Shown piece after piece: positions 32,190 through 41,039 of a stretch of 64,000 nt of DNA (positions are counted from its first letter, which is position 1; the number at the start of each line of letters is the position of its first letter). The DNA lies in assembly GCA_963727445.1 (NCBI GenBank), contig CAVSGI010000008.1, forward strand, positions 288,001-352,000, given 5' to 3'. Source of the DNA: an uncultured delta proteobacterium (GTDB lineage: Bacteria; Myxococcota_A; Polyangia; Polyangiales; B10-G4). The position numbers and the translations under genes were made by a program. Under the pieces are notes generated by a model. It was not told the DNA's origin. It did not search any database and worked only from the letters and a program-made list of their open reading frames with translations.

Positions 32190-34047
32190 GAAAAGCAGAG
32201 GGGCGACCCTTTCGGATCGCCCCTCTTGGAAAGTCGTCGTTGGTGCATGTCGTCTTTCGAACGACTGGGACCGTTTTTCGCGGCCCGCGCACCATGTGGA
32301 TGCGAGTTACGTCGCACCCACGGTGACCGTCATCATGTGGGCTCACCGCTTCTTGCCGCCGTCGGTTGGAGCTCCTCTCGAAGCTTCCTCCCTGTTTGAC
32401 CAGTTCGCGCTGGTGGCGTGCGCGGGGGATGGGGCTATTCGCCGTCACCCGCTTCGATCGTCTCCAGTGATGACCCCACGAGAGGAGCGCATTCGAAAAT
32501 AAACTCTTCGCGGTCTGTGGCCCCCCTCCGTTGCTCTGCGCCACGGTGACTTCTCAGTCCCGTTGCACCTCGAGGTAGCCTTGTCCATCACGGCCCGATC
32601 TCTGACGTTTCATGTCGCTCCGCAGGTGCCGTGTACGAGCTTCTCGCGCCCGCACCCGATCTCCGTTCACCCCGCATCCCCGAAGGGTGCGTCGGCCGTC
32701 GGACCTGCTTCGCCAGACACGGTCGTCACCCGCCCTTGTTTAAGGGGCGAGCGCGTCGCCGCGCCGAAACGCCTTCCGTCGTCCATCGGTCCTTCGAGCG
32801 TAGCTCGAAGTGCAGCTTCGACTTTCTCCTGGCCTGGAGAAACATCGGAGCTCCCGCACCCGTTTCACATCGAAGACTCACCCGCGACCGCGTCGAACGT
32901 TTCGCGAGCTCTCTTCGCTGCTAGCGCATCCCGACCACACGACCCTTTCGAGCCGCCCGGAGGATGTGCAAGGGGCACGTCGTGGCGACGTTTGCAGCCC
33001 ACATTCTTCAGTTTTCAACGACGCTCATCCACGTCTCGTGCAGCTACCGTTTCGCTCGGGGACCGAAATCCCTCTGCTCTCCGGTCGAGCGTACCGTTCA
33101 CGGCGGAACGCTCGGCTTCGGCGGACCGGTCGTAGCGGTGAAGCCTTTTCGACTCCGTTTTCCCGCCCGTTTCCGGCCGAACCTCTGACGCCCCGTCGTC
33201 TCCGCCTCGGATCGGGCGCCCTTTCGGGACCTTCTCCTTCGCTTCGACCTAGCCCGCTTCTACCGCCTCCCCGTGAGGGCGACGGCTTGTTCCCGGACCG
33301 GGACGCCTCCACCGACAAGACCTCCGAAGAGGTGCTTTCGAAGCGACGCCTCTCGACGCCTCTCGATGACCCGATGCTCTTCACCTTGGATCCTTCGGAC
33401 CCTCCGCTAGACGGTTTCACGTTCGCGACTCTCGCCGCTCTCGCTCCCCCGCCAGGCATCGCCTGTCGGCTTGTGCAGCTTTTCAAAGACACGACCCGCG
33501 GACAAATCCGCGATTCCGATCCCCGTGTCCGGTGTTTCGGACGTTGGGTGACGTGCTCCGGGACGAGCCCGAAACCGCCAGCCGAGTGTCGCCTCGCGAG
33601 GAGCGCCAGCCTCCGCCAGCACCTAGCCCCGCTCGCCGACTTTCCCGAGCATCCGTGTCGCCTCCCCGAATCCCGAGGGCCGAGAAGGTCCCTCGTACCA
33701 TCGAAAAGGCCAAGGCCCCGCTTTGCAACGCGCCCCGCGAAGGGCGCATCTAGGCTGCGGACCGGATGCCTTCCACCATCGACCCTCGGGTGCGTCCGAG
33801 CCCCTTTTCAGAGCCCGCCCGCGTCACTCCCGAATCGTCCTTCCCGTGACTGTTGCCACCCACGAGACGGCGATGCCTCTTGTGCCTCCCAGAGCCGCCC
33901 ACCTTCGACGGGCATCACGACCTCGGAAGACTCGACCGACCCATCAGAGCGCGAGAGCCTCGCTACCCCTCTGAACCGCCCGCAGCATCTCGACAGCTTC
34001 TGCGACCGTGGAATCTCGCGAACTCACGTACCGCGACCTTCCGAGAG
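32190..34047 (-). ncRNA. Candidate large (~1.85 kb) structured non-coding RNA or RNA operon, family not recognised
   Basis: No ORF with host-like composition. Dense hairpins with minus-strand C(UUCG)G and GNRA loops, internal homologous modules, a flanking promoter-like element and a terminator. Boundaries are approximate. Confidence 0.65.
32191..32226 (-). terminator. Rho-independent terminator on the minus strand
   Basis: Minus strand reads AGAGGGGCGATCC-GAAA-GGGTCGCCCCTCT (13-bp stem with one U.G wobble) then GCTTTT. On the plus strand the wobble becomes a C/A mismatch and no T-tract follows. Confidence 0.8.
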
Positions 34048-34049
34048 TC

Positions 34050-34078
34050 TTTATGCCGGAACCGCCAACTCTCTGCAA
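34050..34078 (-). promoter_or_regulatory. Putative sigma70-type promoter for the candidate RNA
   Basis: Minus strand TTGCAG (34078-34073), 17 nt, CATAAA (34055-34050), with A/T tracts upstream (34080-34110). The -10 match is imperfect. Confidence 0.45.
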
Positions 34079-34106
34079 CAAGAAAATGCGCCTCAATGCT
34101 CTTTTT

Positions 34107-34159
34107 TTATCCACAGCGGCACCCCTGAACTATCCACAGCTATCCACAGCCACTCCACA
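34107..34159 (+). promoter_or_regulatory. Cluster of DnaA-box-like sites
   Basis: TTATCCACA (34107-34115, perfect consensus), CTATCCACA (34130-34138 and 34140-34148) and degenerate CACTCCACA (34151-34159), all co-oriented. Confidence 0.7.
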
Positions 34160-34378
34160 AAGGGGCTATCACTAGGGGTTTTTGAGCGGAACACCAACGC
34201 CGACCGCTGTGCAGACCTCGGACATTGGCGTGCTTGATACCAATCTTCTCCAATTGTTTTTCGCCCGTGAATAGCGTTTGAGTCGTGCACGCAACCGGAG
34301 CCTCGGAGCGGTCGCTCAGCCCTGAAAGCCGTGGGTTTTCGCTACGCACGGGGGCGTGGCTTTCGTTTCGGCAAAGGG

Positions 34379-35803
34379 TCAACGCCCTCGGCGTCGAAGC
34401 ACCAAGAGCACGGCTAGGAGCAATGCGCCGCGAGGCAACGCCCCCACGGGCTCCGCAGCGAGAGTAGAGGTGTCGCAGCCGCTGCTCCGTTCCGCATGCG
34501 TCGGTGTCGCCGGCACGACCGCCGCCGCCTCGGCGTCAGGGACGTGTTCGGCCTCGGGGGTCGTCGTTTCCGGCCCGGGCGGTGGCTCGGGGCGCCGGAT
34601 CAGCGACTCCGGGAGCCAGCCTTCGCGCCCGAAGAGGTCGCGCACCCGGACCATGTCGCCGCGCGTCTCGAGCTCGCGCAGCAGGAACCCGCCCTTGATG
34701 GTGCCGAGGCTCTCGGCGCTTTCCTCCAGGGATGCGCGCAGCTCGCCCTCGCCCTCGGCGCGCAGCTGAAAGTGGCTGAGCAGCACGTCGTTCTCGCGCC
34801 GCTTGGTGATGATCACGTTCGAGATCAGCTGTTGCATCGCGAACGCACCCGCGACGTGGCCCACGCGCACATCGTCGAGACCGCGACCCCGAAGCTCTTC
34901 CACGTCGTCGTCGCTCAGGCCGAGGTCGCGCGCGAAGGCGCTGCCCCGCGCGCGGTCGCGCGCCGAGGCGAGGCGCGACTGCTGTAGGTAGAAGTGACTG
35001 GTGGTGTGCAGCACCCGGCCCTCCCCTTCCACGAAGGTCACGGCGATGGCCGCCTGACCGTAGCGACGCCGCATCTCGTCGCTGGTCAGCAGCACCTCCA
35101 CGCGGCGCGGGTCGAGCACGCGGATCGGATAGCTCGAAGACTCGAGCCACCAGCGGAGCTCGTCGCTGGTCCCCTGCACGTTGTCCATGAAGGGATGGTC
35201 CTGGTCGAGCACCTCGACGGTGACGACGTCGTTGCCGGTGTCGCGCCCGCCGCGGCGGATCGTCTCGGGGAAGGCGCGCGTCGCGAGGCGCAAGGCCCAG
35301 TCGGTGGTCACCAGGAAGCCCCCCGTCTCCACGAAGCGCCGGAGCTTGTCCACGCCGGCCCGGCTCATGTTCCCCGGGCAGTTCACCATCACCGTCTGGG
35401 TGCTCATCAGCGGCAGCTGCGCCACCAGGCGGGGCGGGAGCACCACGTGGTCCGTCTCCAGCGCCGTCAGAACGTCCTGGACCCGATCGAAGGTGCCGCG
35501 GACGACGATCACCTCGGCCTGGCGTGCGTTTTCGAGGAGCTCGAGATCGTGGGGCCGCGACGAGCGCAAGCGCCGGCGCACCAGTTGAGACGCGACCGAG
35601 TTCGCCTGGCGCATCTCCTCTGAACCGAGCGTCCCCGTGGCGTTGCCGTCAGTCGCCTGACGCCGCGCCCGCGCCGGCATCGCCTGGTAGGCGTTGTCCA
35701 TGAAGTACTGCTCTTCGGCGGCCTGAGCCCCCACCAGCGCCGGCGCCGCGCCCCACAAGAGGCTCGTCGCGACGGCGCACCCCACCAGGTGTCGCATCGT
35801 CAT
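34379..35803 (-). CDS. Exported protein with MYXO-CTERM-like sorting signal
   Basis: Signal peptide from ATG 35803, a GATase-like-fold segment (LRRFVETGGFLVTTDWAL), and C-terminal SSGC...ALLLAVLLVLRRRGR. Confidence 0.75.
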   Translation of the reverse strand: MTMRHLVGCAVATSLLWGAAPALVGAQAAEEQYFMDNAYQAMPARARRQATDGNATGTLGSEEMRQANSVASQLVRRRLRSSRPHDLELLENARQAEVIVVRGTFDRVQDVLTALETDHVVLPPRLVAQLPLMSTQTVMVNCPGNMSRAGVDKLRRFVETGGFLVTTDWALRLATRAFPETIRRGGRDTGNDVVTVEVLDQDHPFMDNVQGTSDELRWWLESSSYPIRVLDPRRVEVLLTSDEMRRRYGQAAIAVTFVEGEGRVLHTTSHFYLQQSRLASARDRARGSAFARDLGLSDDDVEELRGRGLDDVRVGHVAGAFAMQQLISNVIITKRRENDVLLSHFQLRAEGEGELRASLEESAESLGTIKGGFLLRELETRGDMVRVRDLFGREGWLPESLIRRPEPPPGPETTTPEAEHVPDAEAAAVVPATPTHAERSSGCDTSTLAAEPVGALPRGALLLAVLLVLRRRGR

Positions 35804-35845
35804 GGGGGGTGCGACGGGTGGGATCCGCCGAGGATCTAGAGGAAG

Positions 35846-36670
35846 ATGCCGGCCATGAGTGAAGGAAGAGCTGGCCAGGGAGAGGGCCAGAGAATTGCCC
35901 TGGTGACGGGCGGAACCGGCGCCATCGGGGAGGCCATCGTGCGCGGGCTCTGTGCGCGGGGGTTTTCGGTCATCACCACCGCCCGCAGCGAGGCCAAAGG
36001 AGCGGCGACGACCAAACGCATCCAAGAAGCCGTTCCGGGCGCCGAGGTTCGCGCGCTCCAGGGAGACGTGAGCACGGCGGCGGGCGTGACCGACCTCCGC
36101 GCCCACGTCGACGGTCCCCTCCACGTCCTCGTCAACAACGCCGCCGAGTGCCCGAAGCGTCGCGAAGAGACCGAGGAGGGCGTCGAGCGCCAATGGGCCA
36201 CGAACGTCCTCGGCTACTACCGGATGATCCTCGCCTTCGAGGACCTGCTCGCGGCGTCCGCGCCCGCGCGGGTGGTGAACGTGGCGAGCTACTGGGCGGG
36301 CGGCCTCGACCTCGACGATCCCGAGTTCGTGGAGCGGCGCTACGACAACGACAGCGCCTACCGGCAGAGCAAACAGGCAGATCGCATGATCACCGCGGGG
36401 CTCGCCGAGCGCCTCGCGACGAAGGGGATCACCATCAACGCCTGTCACCCCGGCGACGTCCCCAGCAAGCTCGCGCGCGATCTCGGCTTCGGCGGCTCCT
36501 CCACCCCAGAGCAGGGGGCGGCGACGCCCCTCTTCCTCGCCGCCGACGCGAGCGTGGAGGGCGAGACCGGCGGGTACTATGCGCGCTCGCGTCGCGAGGA
36601 CGATCCCTTCACTCGCGATCCCGCAGAGGTCGAGCGGCTCCTGCTACTCTGCGCCTCCTACGCTCGATGA
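35846..36670 (+). CDS. SDR family oxidoreductase (retinol dehydrogenase-like)
   Basis: TGGTGAIG, NNA, VVNVAS, YRQSK and HPG motifs. Confidence 0.9.
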   Translation: MPAMSEGRAGQGEGQRIALVTGGTGAIGEAIVRGLCARGFSVITTARSEAKGAATTKRIQEAVPGAEVRALQGDVSTAAGVTDLRAHVDGPLHVLVNNAAECPKRREETEEGVERQWATNVLGYYRMILAFEDLLAASAPARVVNVASYWAGGLDLDDPEFVERRYDNDSAYRQSKQADRMITAGLAERLATKGITINACHPGDVPSKLARDLGFGGSSTPEQGAATPLFLAADASVEGETGGYYARSRREDDPFTRDPAEVERLLLLCASYAR

Positions 36671-38286
36671 TTCGGCTCGACTCGGTCTCCAAACAACACG
36701 GCTCCCAGATCCTCTTCCTCGAGGCGTCGATGAGCGTCTTCAAGGGCGAGAAGGTCGGCCTCGTCGGCCCGAACGGCGCCGGCAAGTCCACCATCTTCCG
36801 CATGATGGTCGGCGAGGAGCAGCCCGACGCGGGCCGCGTCGTCCGCGAGAAGAACCTGACGATCGGCTACTTCGACCAGAACGTGGGCGAGATGAGCGGG
36901 CGTTCGGTGGTGGCCGAGACCATCGCCGGCGCAGGCGAGGTCGCCGAGCTCATGGCCGAGCTCCGCACCCTCGAAGCCAGGATGGCCGACCCTTCCCACG
37001 CCGACGAGCTCGAAAGGGCGATCGAACGATTCGGCGAAGTCCAGGCGCGCTTCGACGAGCTCGATGGCTACGGGCTCGAAGCCCGCGCGCGCGAGATCCT
37101 CGCCGGCCTCGCCTTCCCCGAAGCGCGGGTCGACCGCGACGTCGGCGAGCTCTCGGGCGGCTGGAAGATGCGCGTCGCGCTGGCGCGCATCCTGTTGATG
37201 CGGCCCGACGTGCTCCTGCTCGACGAGCCGACGAACCACCTCGACATCGAGTCGATCGTCTGGCTCGAAGGCTTCCTGCGCGACTTCGAGGGCGCGTTGG
37301 TCATCACCTCCCACGACCGCGATTTCTTGAACCGACTGGTCACGAAGATCGTGGAGATCGACGGCGGCGAGCTCACCACCTACAGCGGCGACTACGACTT
37401 CTACGAGCAGCAGCGCGCGCTCGCGGACGCGCAGCAGGAGGCGCAGTTCGCACGCCAGCAGGCGATGCTCGCCAAGGAGAAGGCCTTCATCGCGCGCTTC
37501 AAGGCGCGCGCCAGCCACGCGGCGCAGGTGCAGTCACGAGTGAAGAAGCTCGACAAGATCGACAAGATCGAGCCGCCCAAGCGGCGCAAGGTGGTCCAGT
37601 TCGAGTTCCGCGAGCCGCCGCGCTCGGGTGACGACGTCGTCCAGCTCGACCACGTGCACAAGGCCTACGGCGACCACGTGATCTACGACGACTTCGATTT
37701 CCTGATCCGGCGCCGCGAGCGCTGGTGCGTGATGGGCGTCAACGGCGCCGGCAAGTCGACGCTGCTCAAGCTGGTCGCGGGCGCTACCGAGCCGGACACG
37801 GGTGAGGTGGTGGTCGGGGCCAGCGTGAAGATGGGCTACTTCGCGCAGCACGCGATGGAGGTCCTCGATCCCCAGAAGACCGTCTTCGAGTCCCTCCTCG
37901 ATGAGCACCCGCGCGCCTCCATCGGTCAGCTCCGCACCCTCGCGGGCGCCTTCGGCTTCAGCGGAGACGAGGCCGACAAGCCCTGCCGCGTGCTGTCCGG
38001 CGGCGAGAAGGCGCGCCTGGTCCTCGCCCGCATGCTCTACGACCCGCCGAACTTCCTCGTCCTCGACGAGCCCACCAACCACCTGGATCTCGCGACCAAG
38101 GAGATGCTGGTGGAGGCGCTCCGCGACTTTCAGGGGACGATGCTCTTCGTCTCCCACGACCGCGAGTTCCTCCGCGGGCTCGGCACGCGCGTCCTCGAGC
38201 TCACGCCCGAGGGCGTGCATCGCTACGAGGGCAGCTACGCCGAATACGTCGAGCAGACCGGACACGAGGCCCCCGGGATCGGCTGA
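36667..38286 (+). CDS. ABC-F family ATPase
   Basis: Two ABC domains (GPNGAGKST, LSGGW, DEPTNHLD; GVNGAGKST, LSGGE, DEPTNHLD) and no TM segments. ATG 36667 overlaps the SDR stop. Confidence 0.95.
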   Translation: MIRLDSVSKQHGSQILFLEASMSVFKGEKVGLVGPNGAGKSTIFRMMVGEEQPDAGRVVREKNLTIGYFDQNVGEMSGRSVVAETIAGAGEVAELMAELRTLEARMADPSHADELERAIERFGEVQARFDELDGYGLEARAREILAGLAFPEARVDRDVGELSGGWKMRVALARILLMRPDVLLLDEPTNHLDIESIVWLEGFLRDFEGALVITSHDRDFLNRLVTKIVEIDGGELTTYSGDYDFYEQQRALADAQQEAQFARQQAMLAKEKAFIARFKARASHAAQVQSRVKKLDKIDKIEPPKRRKVVQFEFREPPRSGDDVVQLDHVHKAYGDHVIYDDFDFLIRRRERWCVMGVNGAGKSTLLKLVAGATEPDTGEVVVGASVKMGYFAQHAMEVLDPQKTVFESLLDEHPRASIGQLRTLAGAFGFSGDEADKPCRVLSGGEKARLVLARMLYDPPNFLVLDEPTNHLDLATKEMLVEALRDFQGTMLFVSHDREFLRGLGTRVLELTPEGVHRYEGSYAEYVEQTGHEAPGIG

Positions 38287-38350
38287 AATTATCGCGATCT
38301 TCACCCAACGGGAGAGCTTTTCGGGGTTCTGCCCGTATGAAGGGAAGTCG

Positions 38351-39247
38351 GTGGAGAGGAAGGACGAGGCTTCTGAGCGGAAGCGGCGCTGGCCCGCGCC
38401 AGGCGTGGTCGGCCTCCTCGCGCTCTTCGCGTCCACCGGCCTGCACGTCGTCGTCTTCCTGTTCTTCGTCGGGAGCGCTCGGCTCCCAGCCCCCGACATG
38501 AGCTCGGCGACCGCGGAGCTGCTCGTGGACGTGACCGTGCCCGGGCTCGGACCTCCCGGCGCGCCGGCAGGTGATCTCGCCAACGTCCAGGAGGCCGACC
38601 CCCTCGCCGAAGAGCTGGACGCACCGGTGATGCCGCCCCCGCGGGCGGAGCGCCCCTCGACGGTCGACGCCACCGAGACCGCACCCACCGAGCTCTCCCC
38701 GGAGGGGGAGCCAGCCGAAGTCGCGGAGACGGCGTCTGAGGCCGGTGCGGTCGATGGTGACGCCTTCATCGACTCGCTCATCGCCCGCCCGCGGGCCGGC
38801 ACCGGCGCCGGCGCCGGCGGCAATGGCGGCGCGGGATGCGAGGATCCGATCGAGGGCGTCTGGCACGTGCGCAAGTACCGCTCCGGCGAGGGATGGTGGA
38901 CCACCTTCACCCTGCACATCGAGCGGGACGGCGACGAGCTCCGCGGACGCGTTGTGCAGCACGGATGGAACGGCAACGCGGACGACCAATCGCCGCCGGC
39001 CTGCACGCCCGGCATGTTCGAGCATCGCGTGGAGATGTTCGGCGAAGGGTTCGTGCACGGCGACCAGGTGCGCTTCGACGCCGTGGGCCCGCCCCGGCGC
39101 ACGGTGCTCTGCCGCGGCCTGCCCCTCGGCTACAATCTCGATCACTTCACGGGCACCGTGCGTGGCAACCGGCTCCTCGCGGTGAACAACGACGGCGGCC
39201 GCGACGTGAACGCGCCTTACGTCTTTCGTCGCACGAGTTGCCGTTGA
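38351..39247 (+). CDS. Membrane-anchored hypothetical protein
   Basis: N-terminal TM helix (STGLHVVVFLFF), Pro/Glu linker and a C-terminal beta domain (CEDPIEGVW...YNLDHFTG...YVFRRTSC). Start set at GTG 38351. Confidence 0.7.
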   Translation: MERKDEASERKRRWPAPGVVGLLALFASTGLHVVVFLFFVGSARLPAPDMSSATAELLVDVTVPGLGPPGAPAGDLANVQEADPLAEELDAPVMPPPRAERPSTVDATETAPTELSPEGEPAEVAETASEAGAVDGDAFIDSLIARPRAGTGAGAGGNGGAGCEDPIEGVWHVRKYRSGEGWWTTFTLHIERDGDELRGRVVQHGWNGNADDQSPPACTPGMFEHRVEMFGEGFVHGDQVRFDAVGPPRRTVLCRGLPLGYNLDHFTGTVRGNRLLAVNNDGGRDVNAPYVFRRTSCR

Positions 39248-39321
39248 GGGTTGGGCACGGCGAAGGACTTTTGCAAGCCGGAGCTCCGTCGTTCGTGTTT
39301 TCATTCCGAGCAGAGCGCTGC

Positions 39322-40116
39322 ATGTCCATGCCGACCCGTCATCATCCCGCCTCTCCACTGCTTCGGATCTGTGTTGCCGCCGTGATCGCGCAGGTCGGAT
39401 GCGGTGCGCCGTCGACGGAGCGGGAGACGGCGGGACCGGCGACGCCCGCCGCTCGTCGCGAGCCAGCGCCCGCTCCCCCACGGGACGCTCCCGCACAGGA
39501 CACGCGCGCCGATGACGAGGGAGCGCCGGCCCCGAACGAGGACGTCGACGGCGCACCAGAAGCCGACGCGCCCCCCGAGAGCTCACCGGCGCTGCCCGAG
39601 CCCGTGTGCTTCGATCCTGGGAGCTGCGAAGGGCTGGCGTGCGTCGTAGAGGACGGCGCGGCGGCGTGCGCCGACCGGGAGTGCTGCGGTGACGATGCGT
39701 GTGCTCAGCGATGCCGCAGCCCCGGAGACTGCCCGCGCTGCCGTCCGAGCTGCGAGGAAGACGGGTCGGTGAGCGTGTGCGCCGAGGTCGCGCCCTCGGC
39801 GGCGGCCGCGGAGTGTCGGCGCGACGCGGAGTGCATCCTCGTCGACCGCCCACTGCCGTGCCAGGTCTGCGGTTCCTGCCCTTCCGTCCCGCAGGTGTGG
39901 ACGCGCCGCGAGTGGAATCGAGCGCTACGAGAGGCCCGTGCCCAATGCGGACGACGACGCGGTCGCGGCCACCCGCGCTGCTCGCCGTGCCGTCCCCTCC
40001 CCTCCGAGCGCTACGTCCCGGAGGAAGCGATCTGCGTCGACGGTCGCTGCGTGCCGCACGGTGGAGGGATCATCTCCACCAGCGCCGATCCGCTCGAATC
40101 CCTGGATACGATCTGA
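39322..40116 (+). CDS. Cys-rich putative lipoprotein
   Basis: Hydrophobic leader ending QVGC, Pro/Ala linker and Cys-rich domains. Start uncertain. Confidence 0.6.
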   Translation: MSMPTRHHPASPLLRICVAAVIAQVGCGAPSTERETAGPATPAARREPAPAPPRDAPAQDTRADDEGAPAPNEDVDGAPEADAPPESSPALPEPVCFDPGSCEGLACVVEDGAAACADRECCGDDACAQRCRSPGDCPRCRPSCEEDGSVSVCAEVAPSAAAAECRRDAECILVDRPLPCQVCGSCPSVPQVWTRREWNRALREARAQCGRRRGRGHPRCSPCRPLPSERYVPEEAICVDGRCVPHGGGIISTSADPLESLDTI

Positions 40117-40140
40117 CAGCGGGGACGTTCTGCCTTCCCC

Positions 40141-40719
40141 TCAGGGGCAAACGCTCACGGTCACATCGCCCATGAGCGAAGCGCCGCCGATGCCGACATC
40201 CAATGTGCAGCTCAGCGAAGCCGCCGTCGGATCGATGGGATCGCACACGGCTGCTGTCGCGTCGCCCGACCGATCGGCGCCGACTTGGAACACCCCATCT
40301 TGAATGGTGAAGATGACGTTGTCGCTTGCGTTGGTTTCGCCGTTCAGGGTGATCCCCAGGGTCGCCCCGTCGTTGTCGAGACCGGGGCTGATGCCCACGT
40401 CCAGGTCCGTTCCGCACGAGACGACGAGAGAGCTCACGACCAGAAGGTAGTTCTCGCCGAAGAGACCGCTGAGGGTCGTTCCCATGACCACGTCCCCATC
40501 CTGGACGTGGGCGAGAAATCCGTACCTCATCTCGAATGGATAGGTGTCACCGCGGTCCGTCGCGACCCCATCGAGAGGACCCGACTCCAAGAGCACGCCG
40601 GCCCCCATGGAGCTCGCATCAGAACCAGGACCTCGGGTCCTGGAGTCGCCACACCCACCGAGCACGAGCCCGAGCAGAGCCGCCACCAGCACGAGAATCA
40701 GAGTCGTCGAACGCTTCAT
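40141..40719 (-). CDS. Lipoprotein, unknown function
   Basis: GGAGGG RBS and MKRSTTLILVLVAALLGLVLGGC lipobox. Confidence 0.75.
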   Translation of the reverse strand: MKRSTTLILVLVAALLGLVLGGCGDSRTRGPGSDASSMGAGVLLESGPLDGVATDRGDTYPFEMRYGFLAHVQDGDVVMGTTLSGLFGENYLLVVSSLVVSCGTDLDVGISPGLDNDGATLGITLNGETNASDNVIFTIQDGVFQVGADRSGDATAAVCDPIDPTAASLSCTLDVGIGGASLMGDVTVSVCP

Positions 40720-40756
40720 GATTACCCCTCCGCTCCATCCTATCGTCGATACGACA

Positions 40757-41015
40757 TCACGGGGCCGGCGGCCCTTTCGTGCCTTCGACGCCTTCGGGGA
40801 CGAGCGCGGCTCCCTCGGCGTCGAGCGTCAGGGGGTTAGAAGGTGTGAGCGACGCGAAGCCATTGGGCGGCGGTAGAGAGGTGGATGAAACCCTCGCTGT
40901 CGAGGCTCGGGACGCGATAGTCGCCGACGGCTTCTGCGGCGCGCCACGCGGCGGCCTCGGTGATGTGGAAGAGTAGCCTCGCGTCCTGCGGAACACCTTT
41001 CGGTCGCTTGGGCAC
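40757..41015 (-). pseudogene. DUF952-family gene remnant with internal deletion
   Basis: From GTG 41015: ...LLFHITEAAAWRAAEAVGDYRVPSLDSEGFIHLSTAAQWLRVAHTF* (TAA 40838-40836). A C-terminal-like tail (PLTLDAEGAALVPEGVEG) follows immediately in another frame, and the central FPHxYG segment is absent. Confidence 0.7.
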
Positions 41016-41039
41016 GGCGCGCTACTCTAACAAGTTCCG

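Noticed and set aside
32228..33645. 9-bp long-range complementarity between 32228-32236 and 33637-33645
   Set aside because: Several 9-bp matches are expected by chance in 1.9 kb, so it is uninformative without covariation data.
32190..34047. rRNA, tRNA, tmRNA, RNase P RNA or group II intron as the identity of the structured region
   Set aside because: I found no universal 16S/23S motifs, no tRNA T-arm/CCA pattern, no tmRNA tRNA-like ends and no clear group II domain V. Minus-strand GGAGAAAGTCGAAGCTGCAC (~32829-32810) loosely recalls the RNase P 5' P4 strand, but the matching 3' consensus was not found.
32296..34237. ORFs in the 32.2-34.3 kb gap (32810-34237 +, 32563-33135 +, 33025-33492 - and others)
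   Set aside because: They are Pro/Ser/Arg-rich with no recognisable motifs, no start signals and many A/T-ending codons unlike neighbouring genes. Long open frames arise easily in GC-rich DNA. A blastx search is still needed to exclude them formally.
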